Source of the DNA: an uncultured Clostridia bacterium
GTDB taxonomy: Bacteria > Bacillota > Clostridia > TANB77 > UBA1234
Direction of reading: 5' to 3'
Length of the DNA: 20,978 nucleotides
Assembly: GCA_947624765.1 (NCBI GenBank)
Contig: CANQLS010000004.1
Span: forward strand, 1-20,978
Position 1 is the first letter of the stretch; each line of letters begins with the position of its first letter. The notes under the pieces are model-generated. The model had not been told where the DNA came from. It did no database searches and was given only the letters and a program-made list of their open reading frames with translations. Positions 7,312 through 15,471 of this stretch are shown here, piece after piece. The translations under genes were made by a program, and so were the position numbers.

Positions 7312-8478
7312 ATGAAAGATATTACAATTTCGAGTGATATTAAATATATAGGAGCTGATGATAAAGATATAGAACTATTTGAAAATCAATATAAAGTTCC
7401 GAATGGTGTTTCTTATAATTCATATGTAATTTTAGATGATAAAATAGCAGTTCTTGATACAATTGATAAAAGAAAAACAAACGAGTGGATAGAAAATTTA
7501 GAAAAAGTTTTAAATGGAAAATTACCTGATTATTTAATTATTTCACATTTAGAGCCCGACCACGGATATAATATTAAAACAATAATTGACAAATATCCAA
7601 GTATAAAAATAGTTGGAAATAATAAGACTTTTGCTTTCTTGCCACAATTTTTCGATATTAATGATTTAGAGGAAAGAAAAATTGAAGTAAAAGATGGCGA
7701 TGAATTAGATTTAGGAAAACACAAATTGCGTTTCATTATGGCACCTATGATACATTGGCCTGAAGTTATGATGGAATATGATGAACTAGAAAAAGTATTA
7801 TTTTCAGCAGATGGATTTGGAAAATTTGGTACATTAGATACTGAAGAAGATTGGGATTGTGAGGCAAGAAGATATTATTTCAATATAGTAGGAAAATATG
7901 GCGTACAAGTTCAAGCATTATTAAAAAAGATTAGTGCATTAGAAATTCAAAGTATTTGTCCTTTGCATGGTCCTATTTTAAAAGGAAATTTATCACATTA
8001 TATAGAGAAATATGATATCTGGAGTAAATATGAAGTAGAAAGCGAAGGTATATATATTGCTTGTGCATCTATACATGGAAATACTTTTGAAGCTTGTGAG
8101 AAATTAAAAAATATCTTAGAGGAAAAAGGTGCTACAAAAGTAGTGCTTGCAGATTTATCAAAAGTAGATTTATCAGAGGCATTAGAAGATGCTTTTAGAT
8201 ATGGAAAAATTATATTTGTATCATCTACTTACAATATGGAAATATTCTCGCCAATGCGAAATCTATTATTAGATTTAAAAGAAAAAAATTATCAAAATCG
8301 AAAAGTAGGAATTATTGAAAACGGAACATGGGGACCAAATTCAGCAAAAGGCATGAAAGAAATATTATCTACTATGAAAAATATTGAAATAGTTGAACCA
8401 ACAGTAACAATTAGATCAACATTAAAAAATCATGATATAGAAAAATTAAATGAACTAGCAGAAGCAATATTACATTAA
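7312..8478 (+). CDS. FprA family A-type flavoprotein (flavodiiron protein)
   Basis: Metallo-beta-lactamase-like HLEPDHGYN, MAPMIHWPEVMM, SADGFGKFG, LHGPIL; C-terminal flavodoxin domain IYIACASIHGNTFEACEKL. Confidence 0.93.
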   Translation: MKDITISSDIKYIGADDKDIELFENQYKVPNGVSYNSYVILDDKIAVLDTIDKRKTNEWIENLEKVLNGKLPDYLIISHLEPDHGYNIKTIIDKYPSIKIVGNNKTFAFLPQFFDINDLEERKIEVKDGDELDLGKHKLRFIMAPMIHWPEVMMEYDELEKVLFSADGFGKFGTLDTEEDWDCEARRYYFNIVGKYGVQVQALLKKISALEIQSICPLHGPILKGNLSHYIEKYDIWSKYEVESEGIYIACASIHGNTFEACEKLKNILEEKGATKVVLADLSKVDLSEALEDAFRYGKIIFVSSTYNMEIFSPMRNLLLDLKEKNYQNRKVGIIENGTWGPNSAKGMKEILSTMKNIEIVEPTVTIRSTLKNHDIEKLNELAEAILH

Positions 8479-8565
8479 AAAATAATTAACCTATAATGTA
8501 TTAGATAGTTGAATTAAAATAAGCAGACAAAAAATAAAATTTAAAATAAGAAAGGAAAGAGTTGT

Positions 8566-9522
8566 ATGAAAAAAGAAGAAATAACATTAAAAAATACGAA
8601 AGCGGAAATTTTAGATGCACTAAATGAAGCATTGGAAAGAGAAAAAAATATAGCTAAAATAAAATATGAACCTGAAAAGGAGGAAAAAGCAAAAGAAATT
8701 CAAAAGGCTATAGAAGTATCTAAAGAAAATGTTGATCAAAAGATTTTTTCTGAGGAATTGAACAATAAATTTAAAGATTTAGAAACTGCTATTCAGGCAG
8801 AAGAAGAAAAATTAAAAAATCTATATGGTATAGAAAAAGAACTAAGTAATCTTGTAGTTGTTGTTAATGCAGGAAAAGATTATATGGTAGAATTGGAAAA
8901 TGATAAAAAAGTAAGATTAGATGAATTAAATTCTAGCATAAAAAGTTTAGAAGAACAGTATGAAACTAAAAAGAAAGAATTAGAAAAAGATTATGAAATA
9001 GCCGCAAAGAATTTAAAGCTTGAAAGAGATAGAGAACAAGAAGAATATAATTATAAAATAAAAAGAGAAAGAGAAATAAGTAATAATGAGTGGGAAGATG
9101 AAAAATCAAAAAGAGAAAGCGAATTAGCTAAAAAAGAGGCAAATGCTCAAGAAATTCTAAGCGAAGCAGAAGAAAAAGAAGAATATATTAAAGAATTAGA
9201 AGAAAAGGTAAATGAAATTCCTACACTTTTAGAAAAAGAATATACTAAGGGTAGAAAAGAAGCAACAAGTGAAATTGAAAAAGACAATAAGTATGCGACG
9301 GAATTATTAAAAAAAGATTTTCAAAATACGATAGATAGACAAAATGATAAAATAGAAAGTTTGCAAGAAGAATTGAAAAAAGTTAATTCGGAAAAAGAAG
9401 CTTTACAAAATAAATTAGATCAAGCTTATGTTCAAATAAAAGATATGGCAACCAAAACGGTTGAATCTGCTGGAGGATTAAAAATTATCGGAAATAATAG
9501 TAATGCGGATATAAAATCTTAA
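8566..9522 (+). CDS. Long coiled-coil protein of unknown function
   Basis: Glu/Lys-rich heptad-like sequence through most of 318 aa, ending in MATKTVESAGGLKIIGNNSNADIKS; SD AAAGGAAAG. Confidence 0.8.
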   Translation: MKKEEITLKNTKAEILDALNEALEREKNIAKIKYEPEKEEKAKEIQKAIEVSKENVDQKIFSEELNNKFKDLETAIQAEEEKLKNLYGIEKELSNLVVVVNAGKDYMVELENDKKVRLDELNSSIKSLEEQYETKKKELEKDYEIAAKNLKLERDREQEEYNYKIKREREISNNEWEDEKSKRESELAKKEANAQEILSEAEEKEEYIKELEEKVNEIPTLLEKEYTKGRKEATSEIEKDNKYATELLKKDFQNTIDRQNDKIESLQEELKKVNSEKEALQNKLDQAYVQIKDMATKTVESAGGLKIIGNNSNADIKS

Positions 9523-9540
9523 TGAACTTACTAAAACTCT

Positions 9541-9591
9541 AAGTAGTGAATAGTTACGTATGTTTTGTTATAGTAACTATTCACTATTTTT
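9541..9591 (+). terminator. Rho-independent terminator
   Basis: TAGTGAATAGTTAC (9544-9557) pairs with GTAACTATTCACTA (9573-9586), followed by TTTTT. Confidence 0.85.
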
Positions 9592-9665
9592 GTTATACTA
9601 TTACGAATATACAGAACGATTATCTACTATGGTTTTGCCAAGCTGTTGTTTCGCTAACTTTTTTC

Positions 9666-9694
9666 TTGCCAAAGTAGATGAAAAGATATATATT
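9666..9694 (+). promoter_or_regulatory. Putative promoter of the TetR/acyl-CoA ligase operon
   Basis: TTGCCA (9666-9671), 17 bp, TATATT (9689-9694). Confidence 0.55.
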
Positions 9695-9715
9695 ATTTAT
9701 ATATAATTAAAGCCT

Positions 9716-10312
9716 ATGCATTTAGGGAAAGGAATGAAGCTAAGTATGAATAGAACCAAGAGAAAAATATTTGAAACTGCTATGAAGTTGTTTGCTGAAA
9801 AAGGATATGAAGCTACTAGTGTAGAAGAAATTACTGCTACTGTTGGCGTAGCTAAAGGAACTCTATATTACCATTTTTCAAGTAAAGAAGAAATATATAA
9901 CTTTTTAATTGAAGAAGGTATGAAGCTACTATGCAATAGTATAGAGATAAAAACAGAAAACTTAACTGATCCTATTGCAAAGCTAAGAGCAGTTATTGTA
10001 ATTCAATTAAAAGTTATTATGAAATATGATGAGTTTATTACTATTCTACTTAGCCAAATATGGGGTACTGAGCCAAGACATCAATACTTTAGAAAATATG
10101 TATATCAATATATTGACGTAATAAAATCTATTATTGATGATGGTATTAAATCTGGCATTTTAAAAGATGGTGATAGTTATTTGATGGCATCTCATATCGT
10201 AGGTATGATGTGTGCCATTAAAATATACAAGCTAAAATCTGAACAAGAGATTAGCATTGAAAAAATGGCGAATAATATTGTAGATTGTGTATTGAAAGGT
10301 ATTATTGCATAG
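9716..10312 (+). CDS. TetR/AcrR family transcriptional regulator
   Basis: RTKRKIFETAMKLFAEKGYEATSVEEITATVGVAKGTLYYHFSSKEEIYNFLIEEG; start may be 9734 or 9746. Confidence 0.92.
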   Translation: MHLGKGMKLSMNRTKRKIFETAMKLFAEKGYEATSVEEITATVGVAKGTLYYHFSSKEEIYNFLIEEGMKLLCNSIEIKTENLTDPIAKLRAVIVIQLKVIMKYDEFITILLSQIWGTEPRHQYFRKYVYQYIDVIKSIIDDGIKSGILKDGDSYLMASHIVGMMCAIKIYKLKSEQEISIEKMANNIVDCVLKGIIA

Positions 10313-10327
10313 AAAAGAGGTTAGAAG

Positions 10328-12001
10328 ATGGCAGAAAAGCATTTTAAAGATTTAAGAGATATGGTAATGCAATCAGAAAAAGATTTTTCAGATGAAGTAG
10401 CTTTTCATATTAAATATCGTAATGAAATTGTAGGTGTAAAATATTCTAAATTTATTGATGATATAAAAGGTTTTGGTTCTTATTTATTAAGTTTAAATCT
10501 TGAGAAAAAAAGAGTTGCTTTTATATCTGCAAATCGTTATGAATGGTGTGTTACATATTTGGCGTCTGCAACTTCAGATTTAATTTCGGTTCCACTCGAT
10601 AAATCTCTTCCTATTAACGAATTTGAAGATTTAATAGCGAGAGCAGAAGCGGATATATTAGTTTATGATATGAAGCATGATGAATATGCTAAAGCAATTT
10701 CACAAAAGGAAAATACAACGGTAAAACATTTCGTATGTATGGATGTTGATTTTAATGATTGCATTGAAAAAGGAAAAAAGTTATTACTTAAAAAAGATAA
10801 TAAATATGATAAAGTAAAAATTGATCATGATAAAATGAGATTTATGTTGTTCACCTCTGGCACTACTTCTGCTTCTAAGTGTGTAATGTTATCTCATAAA
10901 AATATTTGTAGTAATATCGAGGCGATTACTAAGGCACTTGATGTTAGTGTAAATGATACTATGCTTTCATTTTTACCAGCACACCATACGTTTGAATGTA
11001 CAGCAGGTTTTTTATATCCTATTAGTGTTGGGGCTAAAATTGCTTTTTGTGATGGGCTTAGACATTTAGTAGATAATATGAAAGAATATGAAATAACAGC
11101 AATGATAAGTGTGCCACTACTATATGAAGGAATTTACAAAAAGCTTTGGAAACAAATTGAGGTAAGTAAAAAAGAAACGCAAATAAAGGTAGCATTAAAA
11201 GCTAGTGAAGCTTTATTAAGAGTTGGCATTGATATGAGAAAACATCTTTTTAAACAAATACATGAAGCTTTAGGTGGAAAGATTAGATTGCTAGTGAGCG
11301 GTGCTGCTGCTATTGATCCGACCATAGCTAAAGCTTATAACGATTTTGGATTTACTATGTATCAAGGTTATGGGTTAACTGAAACATCACCTGTAGTTTC
11401 AGTTGAGCGTGAAGGTTATACACGCAACAAGTCAGTAGGCATCCCTTTAGATAAAGTAGAAGTGAAAGTAGATAATCCTGCTGAAGATGGTATTGGAGAA
11501 TTATTAGTAAAAGCTCCTTCTGTTATGTTGGGATATTATCAAGATGAAGAAGCTACAAAAGATGTGTTACAACATGGTTGGTTTCATACGGGAGATTTAG
11601 GGAAAATAGATAAAGATGGATTTATATACATAACTGGGAGAATGAAAAATGTAATAGTTTTAAAGAATGGCAAAAATGTTTTTCCAGAGGAGATAGAAGT
11701 TTTAATAAATCGTTTAGATTTTGTTAAAGAGTCTATTGTTTACGGTTTGCCAGATAAAGACGGAGATGTTTCTATCTGTGCGAAAATTGTTTATGATAAA
11801 GAACAAGTAATAGAGAAGCTTGGAATTATACAAGATGAAGAGCTTGAAGATTTATATTGGCAAAAAATAAAAGAATTGAACAAAACTATGCCTACATATA
11901 AATATATTAAAAAAATAACTTTAACAGAAGAACCACTTATAAAAACCACTACAAATAAGGTGAAAAGGCATGAGGAAATTGCAAAAATTATGTCGGAGTA
12001 A
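10328..12001 (+). CDS. AMP-dependent synthetase / long-chain fatty acid-CoA ligase
   Basis: MLFTSGTTSASKCVMLSH, YQGYGLTETSPVVS, GWFHTGDLGKIDKDGFIYITGRMKNVIVLKNGKNVFPEEIE. Confidence 0.93.
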   Translation: MAEKHFKDLRDMVMQSEKDFSDEVAFHIKYRNEIVGVKYSKFIDDIKGFGSYLLSLNLEKKRVAFISANRYEWCVTYLASATSDLISVPLDKSLPINEFEDLIARAEADILVYDMKHDEYAKAISQKENTTVKHFVCMDVDFNDCIEKGKKLLLKKDNKYDKVKIDHDKMRFMLFTSGTTSASKCVMLSHKNICSNIEAITKALDVSVNDTMLSFLPAHHTFECTAGFLYPISVGAKIAFCDGLRHLVDNMKEYEITAMISVPLLYEGIYKKLWKQIEVSKKETQIKVALKASEALLRVGIDMRKHLFKQIHEALGGKIRLLVSGAAAIDPTIAKAYNDFGFTMYQGYGLTETSPVVSVEREGYTRNKSVGIPLDKVEVKVDNPAEDGIGELLVKAPSVMLGYYQDEEATKDVLQHGWFHTGDLGKIDKDGFIYITGRMKNVIVLKNGKNVFPEEIEVLINRLDFVKESIVYGLPDKDGDVSICAKIVYDKEQVIEKLGIIQDEELEDLYWQKIKELNKTMPTYKYIKKITLTEEPLIKTTTNKVKRHEEIAKIMSE

Positions 12002-12004
12002 GTA

Positions 12005-12044
12005 TGTAACATTTCTGTAACACAAACTTAATATTACTGTAATT
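12005..12044 (+). promoter_or_regulatory. Four direct repeats at 11-bp period (OmpR/PhoB-family response-regulator site, WalR/PhoP-like)
   Basis: TGTAACA-TTTC-TGTAACA-CAAA-CTTAATA-TTAC-TGTAATT; starts at 12005, 12016, 12027, 12038. Confidence 0.65.
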
Positions 12045-12071
12045 GTAAAAAGATGACGAAAGTTGTATAAT
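12043..12071 (+). promoter_or_regulatory. Sigma-A promoter of 12140-12889
   Basis: TTGTAA (12043-12048), 17 bp, TATAAT (12066-12071). Confidence 0.75.
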
Positions 12072-12108
12072 ACACACGAAAGCATTACTAAAGAGAAAAA
12101 AGGAGGGA

Positions 12109-12131
12109 ATTACATAGTCTTGCTATGTAAT
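12109..12131 (+). promoter_or_regulatory. Hairpin between SD and start codon
   Basis: ATTACATAG-TCTTG-CTATGTAAT, perfect 9-bp stem directly after SD AGGAGGG (12101-12107) and before ATG 12140. Confidence 0.75.
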
Positions 12132-12139
12132 GGTTGTGT

Positions 12140-12889
12140 ATGGAAAATGTTGAAACAGTAGAAAAAACAGTTGAATTGCAAAAAATTGTACAAAAATTAG
12201 AGAAACTTGAGAAGATGATTAATCCTAATAGTAAAAAGTCTTTAATTATGTGGGAAGAAGATGACAGTTTTAAAAAATTGATTTCTACTATTAAAGAGTA
12301 TGCTTTAAGTTGCAATGTAGATGAATTTCCAGTAGAACTTTTAGATAAATTGAAAGCTTTGAAGGCAGATTCTACTTCTCAAATAGAAGAGGGAACAAAA
12401 AGAGTAGAAGAATTAAAACATCAAGCTAAAGTAAATGTTGAATTAAGTGAGTTTTTATCTACAATATATGTTTCTGCTATGGCGGGCAATTCTTTAGATG
12501 AATATGAAGAAAAACTTTCTTGTGAAGAATTATGTTCTATGAAAGAGCATTTACAAACTATTTCTACTACAGTTCCAGATACTGAGGAATATGTAAAGGC
12601 TGAAAAGGCAGTAAAATCTAAAATTAGTAATTTAGAAAATAGTGTTCATATTACAATTGATTTAGAAAGAACAATTAGTAAAGGTGGAGCACTTGAATAT
12701 ATCTGTGCTGAAATTACTCCTGCAATAGAAAGATTGCAAGCTGAATATGATGCTAGATACGCTGTACCAGAGCCTGAAGAAGATGTTATTACAGCACTTG
12801 CTGTGCGTAAAACTTTATCTGAGAAAATTTATGATGCTATTATTAGACCATTTGCTAATTTATTTAGAAGAAAATCAAAAGTAAAATAA
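12140..12889 (+). CDS. Hypothetical protein, mostly helical
   Basis: 249-aa ORF with its own promoter, SD and terminator; ends with basic IRPFANLFRRKSKVK. TTG 12134 is an alternative start. Confidence 0.8.
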   Translation: MENVETVEKTVELQKIVQKLEKLEKMINPNSKKSLIMWEEDDSFKKLISTIKEYALSCNVDEFPVELLDKLKALKADSTSQIEEGTKRVEELKHQAKVNVELSEFLSTIYVSAMAGNSLDEYEEKLSCEELCSMKEHLQTISTTVPDTEEYVKAEKAVKSKISNLENSVHITIDLERTISKGGALEYICAEITPAIERLQAEYDARYAVPEPEEDVITALAVRKTLSEKIYDAIIRPFANLFRRKSKVK

Positions 12890-12908
12890 AAAATATAAGA
12901 GTTGAGTT

Positions 12909-12935
12909 AAAGACGGGGCAAAACCTCGTCTTTTT
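12909..12935 (+). terminator. Rho-independent terminator
   Basis: AAAGACGGGG-CAAAA-CCTCGTCTTTTT, 10-bp stem with one G-U and T-run. Confidence 0.9.
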
Positions 12936-12952
12936 CTTGCTTTATTTTCACT

Positions 12953-12992
12953 TTTTACACATATTTTACATTTTCCTTATAGATTATTTACA
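12953..12992 (+). promoter_or_regulatory. Four direct repeats at 11-bp period (PhoP-box-like) upstream of the two-component operon
   Basis: TTTTACA-CATA-TTTTACA-TTTT-CCTTATA-GATT-ATTTACA; hexamers TTTACA, TTTACA, CTTATA, TTTACA each separated by 5 bp, then TATAAT at 13000-13005. Confidence 0.7.
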
Positions 12993-12999
12993 GCTACTG

Positions 13000-13005
13000 T
13001 ATAAT
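13000..13005 (+). promoter_or_regulatory. -10 element of the two-component operon (no clear -35)
   Basis: CTGTATAAT; the repeat array occupies the -35 region, as in activator-dependent promoters. Confidence 0.65.
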
Positions 13006-13332
13006 ATAGTAACTGGTAAATAATTATAAATTGTGCGGATAATGGAAAAATGTATTATTTGATTTCTTTTTTTAGTTTTATAACTGCTCATATAAAATTG
13101 AAGAAAGAAAGCTCTAATATAATTTTGAAATTGTCAGCTTTTTAACTGGAGTTTGAAAGTGCAGTTTGGCTGGAATAATGAAGGGAAAAAGGCAAGTGTA
13201 CAATTTATATTTGCTCTGCTGATTTCTTTTTGAATGGGAGAAGGAGGCGGAAGAAAATGCAATATGGGGCGAAAGCCTTAGGGTAATTGCCCCCAAAATG
13301 CATTAATGTAATCGAAAGTTGGTGAGTAATAC

Positions 13333-14034
13333 ATGAATAAGAAGATACTAATTGTAGATGATGATAAAAATATATGTGAGCTTTTAAGCCTTTATTTAAA
13401 AAATGAAGGATATCAGGTGGTATTTGCATATGACGGAAGTGAAGCCGTTACAAAGGCAAAAGAGGAAAAACCAAACTTAATTGTTTTAGATGTGATGATG
13501 CCAGTTATTAATGGCTGGGAAGCTTGCAAATTGATTAGACAATTTACAGATGTACCAATTATTATGCTTACTGCTTTAGATACATTAGAAAATAAGGTAC
13601 AAGGATTAAATATTGGGGCTGATGATTATATTGTAAAACCATTTGAACCAGTTGAAGTAGTTGCTAGGATTAATGCACATATGAGAAGGCAAGATGCAAA
13701 TACTGATAAAACTTCTGAGGCTACAGATGCTTCGGAAATAGAAGTAGACAATTTAAGCGTTAATATGGATAAATACGAAGTGAAGCTTAACGGAAAATTG
13801 GTAACTGATTTAAAACCAAAGGAAATTCAATTATTACATTTTTTTATGCTTAATAAAAATCAAGTTTTTACACGTGAACAGCTTTTAGATAAAGTTTGGG
13901 GATATGAATATTTTGGTGGTACAAGAACAGTTGATGTGCATATAAAAAGTGTAAGAGAAAAATTGAGTAGTAGTAAAAACAAATGGGAAATTAAAACAAT
14001 ATGGAATGTAGGATATAAATTTGAGATTCAGTAG
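13333..14034 (+). CDS. OmpR/PhoB family response regulator
   Basis: KKILIVDDDKNICELL...LIVLDVMMPVINGWEACKLIR..PIIMLTA..GADDYIVKPFEPVEVVARI; winged helix ..EIQLLHFFMLNKNQVFTREQLLDKVWGYEYFGGTRTVDVHIKSVREKL. Confidence 0.95.
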   Translation: MNKKILIVDDDKNICELLSLYLKNEGYQVVFAYDGSEAVTKAKEEKPNLIVLDVMMPVINGWEACKLIRQFTDVPIIMLTALDTLENKVQGLNIGADDYIVKPFEPVEVVARINAHMRRQDANTDKTSEATDASEIEVDNLSVNMDKYEVKLNGKLVTDLKPKEIQLLHFFMLNKNQVFTREQLLDKVWGYEYFGGTRTVDVHIKSVREKLSSSKNKWEIKTIWNVGYKFEIQ

Positions 14035-14049
14035 TAGATAGGGGATTGT

Positions 14050-15441
14050 ATGTTTAAAAGTATATATTTGAGATTGGTTACAACATATTTAACATTGTTT
14101 TTAGTAATTATTTTGCTTATATCTTTTTTTACTCTTAGTATTTTTTATAAAGAGTTTGCCAATCAAGCTGAGCAAAATTTATTAAATGCAGGTATTAGAA
14201 CAAATGCATTAATGACAAGATATTATGATAATGAAATTTCTAAGGTGGAATTAACATCTTGGATTAATGCAATGAGTTATATTTCTAATATCAAAATTTA
14301 TATACTTAATCCTGATACAAGTGTTTTACATCAAGTTTCTAATGAAGAGGAAATGTCTATTAGTGAACAAATAAGAGCCGATATTAAGTCTGTTATGGAG
14401 GGCGAAACGGTTAAAAGAATGAGCCCTTTCAAAATGGATACTGGTAGCGAGATTGTGTATGTGGGAATGCCACTTACTTATAATGATAAAATTAGTGGTA
14501 TTATTATGTTATTCTCACCATTTACAGAGTTAAATGCAATTTTAAAGCAAGCACTTTTAACTATTGGTGCAGTGATTTTGATTTCTATATTAATTTGTAC
14601 ACTTGCAATTTTAAGAATATCTATAAAAATATCTGAACCAATCCGCGTAATTAGTGATTATGCTAAAAAAATTGGTAAAGGCGAAGAAGTACCAGATATT
14701 GAAATTAATTCTAAAGATGAAATTGGTATGCTGGCACAATCATTTAATGAAATGAAGAAAGAGATTTCTGTAGCTGAGCAAATGAGAAGAGAAATTGTTG
14801 CAAATGTTTCACATGAACTAAGGACCCCACTTACTTCTATTATAGGATTTATTAAAGGTATTTTAGATGGTGTTATTAGTAAAGAAGATGAAAACAAATA
14901 TTTATCGATTGCTTATGAAGAAGCTAATCGATTAAAAGAATTAACAAAAGATATTGTAGATGTTGCAAAATTAGAATCTGGAAGTACAAAGTTATATAAA
15001 GAAGAATTTGTATTAAATGAATTAGCAAAAGATGTATATTTAGAATTGGAAGAATTAGTTAAAGAAAAAAATCTTGATTTTATTTTAGACGAAAAAGATG
15101 AAAATATTGTTATTAATGCAGATAAAGCTAGAATAAGACAAGTGTTGATAAATGTTATTAATAATTCTATTAAATTTACAAATGAAGGATATATTAAATT
15201 AACAATAGAAAAATATTTAGATAAGGTTAAAATCGAAGTTGAAGATACTGGTATAGGCATTCAAAAGGATAAAATTTCTTATTTATTTAATAAATTTTAT
15301 ACTGCAAATGACTATGGTAATGCAACTTCTGGCGCTGGACTTGGTCTAAATATTGTGAAGAATATTATTGATATGCACGAAGGAAAAGTAAGTGTTGAAA
15401 GCACGCTTAACAAAGGAACAATAGTTACAATTATTATTTAG
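14050..15441 (+). CDS. Sensor histidine kinase (HAMP, HisKA, HATPase_c)
   Basis: Two TM segments, HAMP, VANVSHELRTPLTSIIGFIKGILDG, NVINNSIKFTNEG, VEDTGIGIQKDKISYLFNKFY, GAGLGLNIVKNIID. Confidence 0.95.
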   Translation: MFKSIYLRLVTTYLTLFLVIILLISFFTLSIFYKEFANQAEQNLLNAGIRTNALMTRYYDNEISKVELTSWINAMSYISNIKIYILNPDTSVLHQVSNEEEMSISEQIRADIKSVMEGETVKRMSPFKMDTGSEIVYVGMPLTYNDKISGIIMLFSPFTELNAILKQALLTIGAVILISILICTLAILRISIKISEPIRVISDYAKKIGKGEEVPDIEINSKDEIGMLAQSFNEMKKEISVAEQMRREIVANVSHELRTPLTSIIGFIKGILDGVISKEDENKYLSIAYEEANRLKELTKDIVDVAKLESGSTKLYKEEFVLNELAKDVYLELEELVKEKNLDFILDEKDENIVINADKARIRQVLINVINNSIKFTNEGYIKLTIEKYLDKVKIEVEDTGIGIQKDKISYLFNKFYTANDYGNATSGAGLGLNIVKNIIDMHEGKVSVESTLNKGTIVTIII

Positions 15442-15471
15442 ACTAAAAATAATAGAAAGGCGGAAGGATAA

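Noticed and set aside
12953-12992. CRISPR array from the regularly spaced repeats
   Set aside because: Repeat units are 7 bp with 4-bp gaps, which is a transcription-factor pattern, and no cas genes are present.
13107-13143. Rho-independent terminator within the leader
   Set aside because: Only a 6-bp AT-rich stem with a large loop; retained only as a possible attenuator note.
13261-13295. Cyclic di-GMP riboswitch suggested by GGGGCGAAAGCC
   Set aside because: Only a superficial resemblance to the GCAAAGCC part; the conserved 5' half is not present.
13114-13429. Minus-strand ORFs in the response-regulator leader
   Set aside because: Short, overlapping, no convincing RBS; partly antisense to the regulator.
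14658-15260. Minus-strand ORFs (79 and 115 aa)
   Set aside because: Antisense to conserved histidine kinase domains.
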